Shown piece after piece: positions 38,301 through 47,053 of a DNA stretch of 64,000 nucleotides. The DNA is taken from contig JAYEGY010000122.1 of NCBI GenBank assembly GCA_034659275.1, forward strand, positions 29,512 to 93,511. The letters are read 5' to 3'. Positions within the stretch are counted from its first letter, which is position 1. Every line of letters starts with the position of its first letter. The stretch is from Bacteroidota bacterium (GTDB lineage Bacteria; Bacteroidota; Bacteroidia; Bacteroidales; VadinHA17). Position numbers and translations under genes: made by a program. The notes beneath the pieces were generated by a model. That model had not been told where the DNA came from, did no database searches, and saw only the letters and a program-made list of their open reading frames with translations.

Positions 38301-38401
38301 ATGATCAGCACCTTATGAATACGCTTCTGCATTAAAAGGTTAAAAGAAGTATCACTAAAGTCATACTTCTGCAATTCCATTATACCTTCAATAAGTGCCA
38401 T
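35390..38401 (-). CDS. Pseudo-receiver + receiver + PPDK-type ATP-grasp (PEP/pyruvate-binding N-terminal domain) protein with an unassigned C-terminal module
   Basis: 1003 aa. The REC-like segment reads 'IIFVEDS...GIISDISY...LLLQSS'. The ATP-grasp segment reads 'GGKARGLAF' and 'LAVRSSSKLEDSHYQPFAGIYSTY'. The C-terminus reads 'GPGRWGSTDPWLGIPIKWPHISQARVIVE...SQGTHFFQN'. I found no 'TSH' swivel-His motif. Confidence 0.7.
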   Translation of the reverse strand: MALIEGIMELQKYDFSDTSFNLLMQKRIHKVLIICSNYDNYMLEEDGRIDEQIFNEYVSLNLRYPPSFVQTDSESEAMKILNEEKIDLVISMLNFREKDVFAIARKIKGKCPSTPIVALTYFSREVSLRLQREDLSAVDYIFCWLGEASLLLAIIKLLEDRMNAEHDIEVVGVQAIIFVEDSIRYISTYLPNLYKIILKQSRDFQQEALNPHQKMLKMRGRPKILLATNYEDAIALYEKYKYNLLGIISDISYKKEGKLKDDAGIDLIKLIKKDESNMPLLLQSSDIKSKKIADELEVGFLNKYSKNLSIELRNFIIQNLAFGPFIFRDPDTMETIGIATDLQSFQQKLLTLSDKSLFYHAERNHFSKWLNARALFPVAQLFKFIKMEDFDSMEDMRRFIYVAISSFRLGKGRGVIAKFDRNTFDEYQIFSRIGEGSIGGKARGLAFINSLIKKKKLFHKYPGTLITIPRTVVLSTDVFDEFMERNNLYSVGISDLPDEEILKKFVDAELPGWVYQDLYAFLSVSRTYPLAVRSSSKLEDSHYQPFAGIYSTYMLPRVGDNPVMVKMLSDAIKEVYASVYYKSSKAYMTATANVIDEEKMGIIIQEVCGNRHDNIYYPTLSGVARSINFYPIGSEKAEDGIANIAMGLGKLIVDGGVSLRFSPKYPAKVLQLSSPSTTLKETQKLYYALDLDTDSFVPSVDDGVNIKKLKINDDISKSTLKKVASTYDLHNNIIRPGISLKGKRIITFDNILKYSSFPLAEALDFLLELGQKEMGNPVEIEFAANLETESSLPNIFNFLQIRPTVESDQSGKIDLEKVNKEDTIIMSDSALGNGRIRGIYDLIYVKPESFKAVNNEKMVDVIDKINREFIKDAKNYVLIGPGRWGSTDPWLGIPIKWPHISQARVIVESGLPNYRIDPSQGTHFFQNITSFRVGYFTINPFIDDGYYDVDFLNNTPHVYQDEYIRHVRFDKPLSIMIDGRIHKGVIMKPGKDKGNNTTNAYNA

Positions 38402-38402
38402 A

Positions 38403-41400
38403 TTAACTACATTCAGTACATTCGATAGTGGAGATTCGTTTTTTACCGTCCATTCTTACTATAAGGGGCGATTTGAACCTTACGTGGTTAAAGAATTTTC
38501 CTTTATATATCACTTTTCCCTTTCTCAGCCTGTCCCACTTTACAAACTCATCGGATGATTGCTGATCGATAGAGAAATACCCTACATTCATTGAGGTAAC
38601 GTTATGGAAGAAATGGGAGCCGAGGGAAGCATCCAGTGGAAAGTCGGGCAGGCTTACTTCCACAATAACTTTGGCTTGCGATATTTGTGGCCAGGCCACA
38701 GGAACACCAATAAACCTGTCTCTGGTACCCCAACGGCCCGGGCCGATCAATATATACTTTTTACCCTCTGCTATCATTTTATCGTTTATTGAATCTATTT
38801 CCTCGGCCATTGCATCTGTATGAGTATTATCAAATTTATCAGGATCGATGTATATAACATCAGTAATATCATCCACCTTGCCATTCCCCATACTTCTCCG
38901 TGATATCAGCAGGCAATCATCTTTGCTAATTTTATCCAGGTTAATATTATATCCTGCACCGCTGCCAACCATTGGTTTTACCTGCAGCAGGTAAAAGTCA
39001 GCTTTACCACTTTTCCCCAGGTTAAGATCAACGGCATATTCAATCTCCACCGGGGCCCCGAATGCTTCCTTCACCACATCCAGTACTGTTGCTATTGTTT
39101 GGGCCAGGGGTATATAATCATACCTCAATATATTTGCAAAATTTACCACTCTGGGGCCATAAGTATCTATCCCCGGTTCTATAGTATCATTATCAGGGTT
39201 ATACACCGAAGCACAATGTTTAAGGGTGCCATGCTTCTCAGCGTCAGATATCTCAAGTTTTACCAGGCCTGCACTTTCACCTTCAAGCAAGTTTATTTCT
39301 TCCTTTTTCATATCCACGGCATAGAAATAAACCTGGGTATCCTTGGATACATCCTTCTGGGACACTATTTCAAGAGAGGGGTAGCTTGGTGAGAACCTAT
39401 AGGCTTTTTCACCTTCAACCACATATTGTCCCAGGCCCACGGCAGCAACGGCGAATCCTTCATCGGGTTTCATATGAGCAACAGGGTAAAAATTATATGA
39501 TTGGGCTGTCCCGCTTATATGTGGATAGAAGGCATCCTCAAACCTGTTACCAACCACTTCCTGCAGGACAATTGCCATTTTTTCCTGTTCGATCATATAG
39601 TTTATTGCCTCGAAATATGTACGGGCACTTTTTGAATATATAGATGCGAAGACAAGCTTAATAGCATTCATGATGAGCCTCAGCCTAACTTCAAAATCAG
39701 GGTTATTATTCGGCAGCAGGTAGGTACCAAATACACCGGAAAAGGGCTGGCTCATTGAGTCTTCAAAAAGGCTGGATGAACGAATGGCTATTGGCCTGTC
39801 CATCAGTTTAAGGAATGACCTCAGCTTTTTTTCAAGGTTATAGGAAAGGTTGCTGTTCAGGAATTTTCTTTTAAGCTGTTCATAGTCCTTTTCTTCCTTG
39901 ATAACGGAGCGCAGCTTGTTTGTTTCTATAAAAAGGTCAAACTCATCTGTCCCGATTATTATTGTAACCGGGCTTTTTATGTTTATCCCCGGAGTGAGTT
40001 TACCCAGTTCAAAGCCATATATCAGGGTATTAATAAAAGCCAACCCTCTGCCTTTACCCCCGAGTGAACCGCTGGTAAGGCTTACAACGTTGGTTTCATC
40101 TATAGCTGCTGACTCCACGTAGTTTACCACCTTCCCCTTGTCCAACTCTCGCCGACGCTTGGATATAAGGCCAAGCAGAAAATTCCTCAGTTCTGAAAGG
40201 TTGGAGAAATCACTTATCTTCATGGGGTTGATGATCTTGGCAATCTTAACCTCACCTCTGGCCATAAGCCATAGCGAGAAATGATTCTTCATCGCATGGT
40301 ATACAAGTGAATCTTCAGGTATTGTTTTAAGGTATTGCTCAAATTCATTCATCGACTTGGCTACTGCAATCTGCCTTCCCATATTATCCCGGTATACAAA
40401 ATGTCCAAATCCGAGGTAATAATTAATAAATGATCTGAGATCCTGAAGGAGGCTCTGGGAATTCTTGTTAATAAAGTTTGATTTAAGTGAATGTGCGTAT
40501 TTTGAATTTTCCGGATCGGATGATTGAAGCACGCTTGGCAGGTTAGGGAGTTCACTTTTGACATACTTAATAAGTTCGTAACCTGCTTTGTCATTCAATT
40601 TATTATTTTTCGGGAACCTCATGTCAGATATGACGCACAGCATGTTGTTCTTATACCTGTCGATTATAGCCAGGGCATCTTCGTAGGTTGTTGCGAGCAA
40701 TATTTTTGGTCTGGCCCTCATTTTGAGAACCTTGTATAACTCGTCGGTACTCACATCTTCTATCAGATGTCTTGTTTGCTCCATCACCAGGGTATACAGT
40801 GTAGGCAGGTAGCTTGAATAGTATTCAGCCGAGTCTTCCACCAGCATAATAACCCTCGTCAGGCCCTTCCTGGTATCATTTTCAACATTCACCCTGTCTT
40901 CAAGAAGCTTAACCATGGCAAAGAAGACCCGTGTTTCACCTGTCCATACAAAATATTCATCAAAGGGGTATCCCCTGTCTCTTTTTTTCTTTACATAGGC
41001 CACATCATCCTGGCTGCTCAGCAATAGAAAAGTAGGTATATAGGGGTATTTTTGTTTTATTTTGAGGCATAGCTTCATGGGATTTTCCTTTTCTACCCCC
41101 AGCATCACTATAATAAGGTCGAAATGTTTAGACCTGAGTCGTTCCATTGCTTCTTCGAGTCCGGAAACACCTGTTACCCTAGGCATAGAGGTAAGGTTAA
41201 GCTGGTGATATTCACCGAAAATATATTCCGAGAACCTTCCTTCGCCTTCTATTGAATAAGCATCATACAGGTTTGCCACCAGCAATATTTCCTTCACTTT
41301 AAAGGGCATGAGGTCGTGGAAGATATCCCGTTCAGCATTATATCTTTCCAGGAAGCGCTGCAGGAGTTGACGGGATGAAGTTACTGGTTTTGCTGTATCA

Positions 41401-41849
41401 TCCATGGTGACCGTTTCAGGGATATTCATCATTTCCCTTGCAAGCGAACTATTTATAAAGCCCGTGAGCAGGCTTGCCAGGTTTTCAATAAGATCTTTTT
41501 CCTCTTCAAGGAAGACACCAAAATCGCTTGGTTCAAATTCCCGGCTATAAAATACTTCTATTGAGCCCCTGACGTTATTTATTGTCTTAAATTCCTGTCT
41601 CAGTACCCACTTGGTTTCTTCAAAATTTGTTGTCACAAATACTTTGTTGCCATATTTTATCCTGGCAACGGTAAACTCAGGATACTGCCATGCGTGTGGC
41701 AGTGTATGAACCACTTTTTGCAATGTTTCATCAATTGACTTCCCTTCTTTAAGGATGGCGGTAGTACGGTTTATGCAGGCCAGTTCCTTAAGACGTTCCT
41801 GCTGGTCATGCAACAATTGTTTATACCCGTTACCCTGAATTTTACCCAT
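38403..41849 (-). CDS. Paralog of the preceding gene with an extra N-terminal sensor-like module
   Basis: It has the same architecture ('MLVEDS...VISDMRF...VLQSS', 'GGKGRGLAF', 'IAIRSSSLFEDSMSQPFSGVFGTY', 'GPGRWGTRDRFIGVPVAWPQISQAKVIVE...SLGSHFFHN'). It also carries about 170 aa of N-terminal extension ('LKELACINRTTAIL...LPHAWQYPE'). The ATG at 41849 is preferred because the GTG at 41921 lies inside the korB terminator hairpin. Confidence 0.7.
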   Translation of the reverse strand: MGKIQGNGYKQLLHDQQERLKELACINRTTAILKEGKSIDETLQKVVHTLPHAWQYPEFTVARIKYGNKVFVTTNFEETKWVLRQEFKTINNVRGSIEVFYSREFEPSDFGVFLEEEKDLIENLASLLTGFINSSLAREMMNIPETVTMDDTAKPVTSSRQLLQRFLERYNAERDIFHDLMPFKVKEILLVANLYDAYSIEGEGRFSEYIFGEYHQLNLTSMPRVTGVSGLEEAMERLRSKHFDLIIVMLGVEKENPMKLCLKIKQKYPYIPTFLLLSSQDDVAYVKKKRDRGYPFDEYFVWTGETRVFFAMVKLLEDRVNVENDTRKGLTRVIMLVEDSAEYYSSYLPTLYTLVMEQTRHLIEDVSTDELYKVLKMRARPKILLATTYEDALAIIDRYKNNMLCVISDMRFPKNNKLNDKAGYELIKYVKSELPNLPSVLQSSDPENSKYAHSLKSNFINKNSQSLLQDLRSFINYYLGFGHFVYRDNMGRQIAVAKSMNEFEQYLKTIPEDSLVYHAMKNHFSLWLMARGEVKIAKIINPMKISDFSNLSELRNFLLGLISKRRRELDKGKVVNYVESAAIDETNVVSLTSGSLGGKGRGLAFINTLIYGFELGKLTPGINIKSPVTIIIGTDEFDLFIETNKLRSVIKEEKDYEQLKRKFLNSNLSYNLEKKLRSFLKLMDRPIAIRSSSLFEDSMSQPFSGVFGTYLLPNNNPDFEVRLRLIMNAIKLVFASIYSKSARTYFEAINYMIEQEKMAIVLQEVVGNRFEDAFYPHISGTAQSYNFYPVAHMKPDEGFAVAAVGLGQYVVEGEKAYRFSPSYPSLEIVSQKDVSKDTQVYFYAVDMKKEEINLLEGESAGLVKLEISDAEKHGTLKHCASVYNPDNDTIEPGIDTYGPRVVNFANILRYDYIPLAQTIATVLDVVKEAFGAPVEIEYAVDLNLGKSGKADFYLLQVKPMVGSGAGYNINLDKISKDDCLLISRRSMGNGKVDDITDVIYIDPDKFDNTHTDAMAEEIDSINDKMIAEGKKYILIGPGRWGTRDRFIGVPVAWPQISQAKVIVEVSLPDFPLDASLGSHFFHNVTSMNVGYFSIDQQSSDEFVKWDRLRKGKVIYKGKFFNHVRFKSPLIVRMDGKKRISTIECTECS

Positions 41850-41895
41850 ACGGAAGCAAGTTATTAAACCATCTAAAGATACCTCTTTATCAAAT

Positions 41896-41924
41896 AAAAA
41901 AAAAGGTGTCCCTAAGAACACCTT
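41896..41924 (-). terminator. Rho-independent terminator after korB
   Basis: On the minus strand: AAGGTGT-TCTTAGGG-ACACCTT followed by a T-run of about 9 nt. Confidence 0.7.
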
Positions 41925-41948
41925 ATGATAAAAGGAGTTAATTCTCCC

Positions 41949-42965
41949 CTATTTTGATTCCCATGTTGACCCACTACGCAGCAGTTCGTCAACATTCTTT
42001 ATCTCCCTGCTTTTCTGCACTTTAGTTATCTGTCCTTTTACGGACATGTCATAGGTGGGGGCTGAGACGCATCGTATAACTCCCATAGCCACAGGGTAAC
42101 CCGGGTACCTCATATTGGCCAGCATGGTGTGAATACCGGGATTATTTTCTTCACAATCATGCACAAGGATATCTTTTTCAGTGATACCCTTACCCAGCTT
42201 TACCACCTTAAGTTTCAATCCATCGAGTTTAAGACCTTTATCCATGTTTTTACCAAATAACATTGGTTCACCCTGTTTAAGAATAATGGTATTTTCTTCT
42301 CTTGTTTCCCTGTCAGTAAGTTGTTCATGCACCCCGTCATTGAAAATCACACAATTCTGTAGTGTTTCTACCACCGATGCTCCTTCATGCAGGGCAGCTT
42401 GCTTATATACTTCTGTTGAAAGTTGCACATTGGAATCGATGGTACGTGCAAAAAATTTCCCTTTGGCTCCTATTACCAGCTCACCTACAGAAAAGGGCTC
42501 TTCAATTGTACCAAACGGTGATGTTTCTGTAACAGCCCCTCTCACTGAAGTTGGAGAGTACTGTCCCTTTGTCAGTCCGTATATCTCGTTATTAAACAGG
42601 ATGATATTGATATCTATATTTCGTCTTATCGCGTGAATAAAATGATTACCTCCGATAGCCATTGCGTCGCCGTCGCCGGTTATCTGCCACACATTAAGGT
42701 CAGGATTAGCCACTTTTACACCTGTTGCCAGAGCTGAGGCACGACCATGGATACCATGGAATCCGTAAGTGTTCATATAATAAGGGAATCTCGAGGAGCA
42801 ACCGATACCAGAGATAAAGGCAAACTTCTCTTTGGGTATCTTAAGTTCGGCCAGTGCCCTTGTAACGGCGGCCAGTATAGCATGATTACCGCAACCGGGG
42901 CACCATCTTACTTCCTGGTCACTTTTAAAATCATTCGGGCTATAATCTATTTTTTCTTCAGCCAT
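41949..42965 (-). CDS. korB: 2-oxoglutarate/2-oxoacid:ferredoxin oxidoreductase beta subunit
   Basis: 338 aa with the TPP-binding motif 'ITGDGDAMAIGGNH' and 'WCPGCG'. Confidence 0.85.
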   Translation of the reverse strand: MAEEKIDYSPNDFKSDQEVRWCPGCGNHAILAAVTRALAELKIPKEKFAFISGIGCSSRFPYYMNTYGFHGIHGRASALATGVKVANPDLNVWQITGDGDAMAIGGNHFIHAIRRNIDINIILFNNEIYGLTKGQYSPTSVRGAVTETSPFGTIEEPFSVGELVIGAKGKFFARTIDSNVQLSTEVYKQAALHEGASVVETLQNCVIFNDGVHEQLTDRETREENTIILKQGEPMLFGKNMDKGLKLDGLKLKVVKLGKGITEKDILVHDCEENNPGIHTMLANMRYPGYPVAMGVIRCVSAPTYDMSVKGQITKVQKSREIKNVDELLRSGSTWESK

Positions 42966-42968
42966 AAT

Positions 42969-44810
42969 TTATTCCTCCAGTATCTTGATACATTGTTCTT
43001 TTACTTCAGCACATATAAAAGGCAATCCCTGGATTTTATTTATTTGTTTAAATTTAAATCCTTCGAATTCCATTCTCAGGTACCTAACGAATTGCCCCGC
43101 ATTAAGTTCGGCCACTACCAGCTTATTAAATCGTGAAAAGACTTCAGCCGTATTAGCCGGCAATGGGTTTATGTAGTTAAAATGTGCAAGGCTTACTTTC
43201 CTGCCTTCTTTTCTAAGTGCCCGTACTGTAGTCAGCAAGTGGCCATATGTCCCTCCCCAGCCTATGAGCAGCATATCGCCTTCATCGTCTCCATAAGTTC
43301 TGAGGTGAGGCACCTTAGTTGCTACCCTTGCTACTTTTTCAGCTCTCATTTCTACCATATGTTCATGGTTTTCAGGGATATATGACACTGTTCCCCTCAC
43401 TGTTTTTTCCAGTCCTCCTATCCTGTGCTCCCTGCCCCTTGTTCCGGGTACAGCCCACTTCCTGCTGAGTTTCTTTTCATCCCGTTCGTAGGGTATAAAT
43501 TCATCATCTCCTTCACCGACTAATAGTGGTTTTATATCAGGCAGTGAATCCATTGAGGGTATCTTCCACGGTTCAGAACCATTAGCAAGAAATCCGTCTG
43601 AAAGCAAAATCACGGGAACCATATGTTCAAGGGCTATCCTGGCTGCTTCAAATGCATATTGAAAGCAATTGGATGGTGTACTTGCAGCTATAACTACTAC
43701 CGGGCATTCCCCGTTCCTGCCATACAATGCCTGCAGAAGGTCAGCCTGTTCTGTCTTGGTTGGCAATCCTGTAGAAGGTCCTCCCCGCTGAACATCAATA
43801 ATCACTATTGGCAATTCTGTCATAACGGCCAGGCCCAGTGCTTCTGATTTAAGTGCCAGCCCCGGTCCCGAAGTTGTTGTAACTGCCAGGTTTCCTGCGA
43901 AGCTTGCTCCTATAGAAGTACAAATACCGGCAATCTCATCTTCAGCCTGGAAGCTTTTTACACCAAGGTCTTTTCTTACAGCCAACGCTTCCAGTATACC
44001 GGTAGCAGGCGTGATGGGGTAGGACCCAATAAATAATTCAAGGCCTGCTTTCTCTGCCGCAGCAAGTAAACCCCAGGCTGTAGCAGTATTACCGTCAATT
44101 GTACGGTATAATCCTTTTTCAATGCTTGCAGGTCTGACCTTATAAATAGGTGCCATGACTTCTATAGTCTCGGCGTAATTATACCCTGCCCGCAATACTG
44201 CTCTGTTGGCTTCTATTATCTTTGGCCGTTTGCTGAACTTATTTTTGAAATATTCTTCGGTATATTTCAGGTCACGCCCAAACAGGAAGTAAACCATACC
44301 CAGGGCAAACATATTTTTGGTACGTATAACCGTTTTAGGATCAAGACCATGATCTTTAAGGGTTTCCTTAACCATTGAGGAAATCGGTGCAGAGATAACA
44401 TTATACTTATCCAGTTGATCTTCCCCTATAGGGTTACTGGTATAACCGGCTTTTTTAATATTTTTATCAGTAAAATTATCTTCATCAAGAATAATTATAC
44501 CTCCCTCGCGGATATTGTTAGCATTGGCTTTTACTGCCGCGGGGTTCATAGCAACAAGAATATCTGCATAATCACCCGGTGTATTTACCTCCGAATGCCC
44601 CACATGTACCTGGAAGCCTGACACTCCACCTACTGTCCCCTGGGGAGCCCTTATCTCAGCCGGGTAGTCCGGGAAAGTAGACAGGTCATTACCAAAAAGG
44701 GCTGATGTATTGGAAAATAAAGTTCCGGTGAGCTGCATTCCGTCACCCGAATCTCCCGAGAAACGTATAACAACATCTTCTCGTTCGACGACACGCTCAT
44801 TCTTATTCAT
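42969..44810 (-). CDS. korA: 2-oxoglutarate/2-oxoacid:ferredoxin oxidoreductase alpha subunit
   Basis: 613 aa with the fused gamma/alpha domain pattern typical of KorA ('GDSGDGMQ', 'YPITPAT', 'TSGPGL'). Confidence 0.85.
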   Translation of the reverse strand: MNKNERVVEREDVVIRFSGDSGDGMQLTGTLFSNTSALFGNDLSTFPDYPAEIRAPQGTVGGVSGFQVHVGHSEVNTPGDYADILVAMNPAAVKANANNIREGGIIILDEDNFTDKNIKKAGYTSNPIGEDQLDKYNVISAPISSMVKETLKDHGLDPKTVIRTKNMFALGMVYFLFGRDLKYTEEYFKNKFSKRPKIIEANRAVLRAGYNYAETIEVMAPIYKVRPASIEKGLYRTIDGNTATAWGLLAAAEKAGLELFIGSYPITPATGILEALAVRKDLGVKSFQAEDEIAGICTSIGASFAGNLAVTTTSGPGLALKSEALGLAVMTELPIVIIDVQRGGPSTGLPTKTEQADLLQALYGRNGECPVVVIAASTPSNCFQYAFEAARIALEHMVPVILLSDGFLANGSEPWKIPSMDSLPDIKPLLVGEGDDEFIPYERDEKKLSRKWAVPGTRGREHRIGGLEKTVRGTVSYIPENHEHMVEMRAEKVARVATKVPHLRTYGDDEGDMLLIGWGGTYGHLLTTVRALRKEGRKVSLAHFNYINPLPANTAEVFSRFNKLVVAELNAGQFVRYLRMEFEGFKFKQINKIQGLPFICAEVKEQCIKILEE

Positions 44811-45083
44811 AGTTATGATTTATATATTCACTACAAAAGAACAGTTCAATTAGGTCTAAAAATAAATGCATACGAAGACCTTTGATTTTCATATGCATCG
44901 GAAAGCTTTAAGTATGCGTTTTCTATAATTTTCGATACTTTTAAAAATTGCAGTTGTCTATAATGCAAAATTAAGTAAATTCATTTGTGAATATTAAACA
45001 TTTATCACTTTTTTTAAACATGATTTTGGTCATGTTTTAACAGTTGTAAGAATCTGTCAGACAAGTGCCGCAGTCAGAAAATT

Positions 45084-45899
45084 TCAGTTCCAGATATCGG
45101 CCACTTCGAGATTAATATCGCCACCTTCAAAGAACATCCTTGCTATTCTCCCGAAGTAAGGTGTATAATCAGAAACAAAGAATTTATCATCTGTTCTTTT
45201 CCCCCCGGGGTTAAGCATATGATTGTCTTCCAGCATTTCCCTCAATTTCAAGGCGACCACCCTAGCCGAATCGACTACTTCGATATCAAAATTATAAAAC
45301 TTGCTTATCTGGTTCCTTATGAGTGGATAGTGGGTACATCCCAGTACCAGTGCCTGTAAATTAGTAAGATTTTCATCAGAGAGGTAAGTTCTTATTATGG
45401 CATTTGAAATATCATCAAAAATAAAGCCTTCCTCTATCATAGGTACAAGCAAGGGTGTAGAGAGGGAAACAATCTCACAGCCGGGTGCTTTTTCCTTAAA
45501 ACCTGACTCATATGTCCCTGAGCTTATGGTTCTCTTTGTACCTATCACACCCACCCTTGAATAATCTTTTGTTGCAATGTAGTCTATTACAGGACTTATA
45601 ACATCAAGCAATAAAACCTTCTGTTTATATTCTTTCTTCAAGACTGAGTAAGCCGAAGCAGAAGCGGAGTTACATGCTATAAGGATAAGCTTAGCACCAT
45701 GATCCAGAAGGAATTCAGTAATTTTCCTGCTATAGTTAATTATTGCTCTTTTCGATTTATCTCCGTATGGGAGATGGGCGGTATCCCCGAAATATACGAG
45801 TTCCTCATCGGGGAGGATCTGCTTAATGGCATGAGCCACGGTTAATCCCCCCACTCCGGAATCGAATACTCCAATAGGCTTTTCATTGAGGCTTTTCAT
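45084..45899 (-). CDS. murI: Glutamate racemase
   Basis: 'IGVFDSGVGGLTV', 'IACNSAS' and 'GCTHYP'. The ATG at 45899 is preferred because the upstream extension overlaps a terminator. Confidence 0.9.
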   Translation of the reverse strand: MKSLNEKPIGVFDSGVGGLTVAHAIKQILPDEELVYFGDTAHLPYGDKSKRAIINYSRKITEFLLDHGAKLILIACNSASASAYSVLKKEYKQKVLLLDVISPVIDYIATKDYSRVGVIGTKRTISSGTYESGFKEKAPGCEIVSLSTPLLVPMIEEGFIFDDISNAIIRTYLSDENLTNLQALVLGCTHYPLIRNQISKFYNFDIEVVDSARVVALKLREMLEDNHMLNPGGKRTDDKFFVSDYTPYFGRIARMFFEGGDINLEVADIWN

Positions 45900-45903
45900 A
45901 ATG

Positions 45904-45933
45904 AAAAAAATGACCACCCTCCACGGATGGTCA
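45904..45933 (-). terminator. Hairpin plus T7 tract after the ompH pair
   Basis: On the minus strand: TGACCA-(11 nt)-TGGTCA followed by TTTTTTT. Confidence 0.5.
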
Positions 45934-45954
45934 CCTGTATTTGATTGACAATAT

Positions 45955-46482
45955 TTACTCTATGCCAAGCTTGGCCTTAACCTTATCCAGAATATTTTCA
46001 CTTTCCGTTTCATCAAAATAGATGATTGGCCCACGTGCAAGATCAAAAATGTAAGTAAAACCTCCTTTCCTGGCTACATCTTCGATAGCTTTTTCAGCTT
46101 TCTGGATAACCGGCTGCATAAGTTGCATCTGTTTATTCTGGAACTGCTGGTCGGCATTCTGTTGAAAATTTGTTATTCTCTGCTGTAAACCCATCAACTC
46201 TTCTTCTTTTGTCTGGCGTACCAGATCAGAGAGTTTATCGGCTTCATTGGTATACTCATTGAGCTTATTATTGTATTCAACCTGCATTATTTCGAGCGTA
46301 TTCTGCAGTTCGGTCCGCAGTTCTTCCATTTGAGTGATGATTGTGTCCCTTTCCGGCATTATTGAGAATAGTTCATCAGAATTAATATGTCCGAATTTAT
46401 AATTCTGTGCTGATACATTCTGGCCGAAAGAAAAAACCATCGTCAACGCCATTAATCCAATTAGTCTCTTCATTGTTCTCAT
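45955..46482 (-). CDS. OmpH/Skp-family periplasmic chaperone
   Basis: 175 aa with a signal peptide and coiled coil. It is in the conserved position after bamA. Confidence 0.8.
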   Translation of the reverse strand: MRTMKRLIGLMALTMVFSFGQNVSAQNYKFGHINSDELFSIMPERDTIITQMEELRTELQNTLEIMQVEYNNKLNEYTNEADKLSDLVRQTKEEELMGLQQRITNFQQNADQQFQNKQMQLMQPVIQKAEKAIEDVARKGGFTYIFDLARGPIIYFDETESENILDKVKAKLGIE

Positions 46483-46518
46483 TTTAATATTTGATTTTAT
46501 CCCTGCAAATGTAATTAA

Positions 46519-47034
46519 TTAATTCGTATAACCTAATTTTTCAAGTACTTCATCACTAAGGTCATACCTTGGATCGGTATACAACATATTCATTCCTGCC
46601 GAGGTATCGAATATAACAGCGTAATTACCATCGGCTGCAATTTCTTTCACTGCATTATAAATTTCATCCTGTATAGGTTGTATAAGTTCCTGACGTTTTT
46701 GGTATAATTCGCCTTCAACACCAAAATATTTATTTTGAAGTTCTTTGGCTTCCTGTTCTTTATTGATGATTTCTTCTTCACGTTTTATCTTGGCTTCACG
46801 TGACAGCAGAACCACTTCATTCTGGTAGTTTTTATACATTTCTTCCACCAGGTCATAAGCTTCGGCTATTTCCTGTTCCCATCCTTTTGACAGTTCATCG
46901 AGTTTTTCCTGTGCTGCCTTATATGACGGGATGTTATTAAGGATATATTCCGTATCGACAAATGCATATTTCTGTGCTAATGCTGTGCCCGTCAGAAATA
47001 TCATAGCTGTAAAAAGTAAAGTTATTTTTTTCAT
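46519..47034 (-). CDS. OmpH/Skp-family periplasmic chaperone
   Basis: 171 aa with a signal peptide and coiled coil. It is a paralog of the adjacent gene. Confidence 0.8.
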   Translation of the reverse strand: MKKITLLFTAMIFLTGTALAQKYAFVDTEYILNNIPSYKAAQEKLDELSKGWEQEIAEAYDLVEEMYKNYQNEVVLLSREAKIKREEEIINKEQEAKELQNKYFGVEGELYQKRQELIQPIQDEIYNAVKEIAADGNYAVIFDTSAGMNMLYTDPRYDLSDEVLEKLGYTN

Positions 47035-47053
47035 GTCTAATAGTTTTAATTGT

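Noticed and set aside
41850-41921. GTG start at 41921 for the 1172-aa ORF
   Set aside because: The first 24 codons overlap the stem and T-run of the korB terminator (41896-41924). The ATG at 41849 is the more plausible start.
44811-45083. Hairpins in the korA upstream / murI downstream spacer (AGGTCT-18 nt-AGACCT, and AAACATGA-TTTTGG-TCATGTTT)
   Set aside because: The stems are short and AT-rich, with flanking A/T runs in the wrong orientation for a minus-strand terminator. They cannot be told apart from chance dyads in AT-rich DNA.
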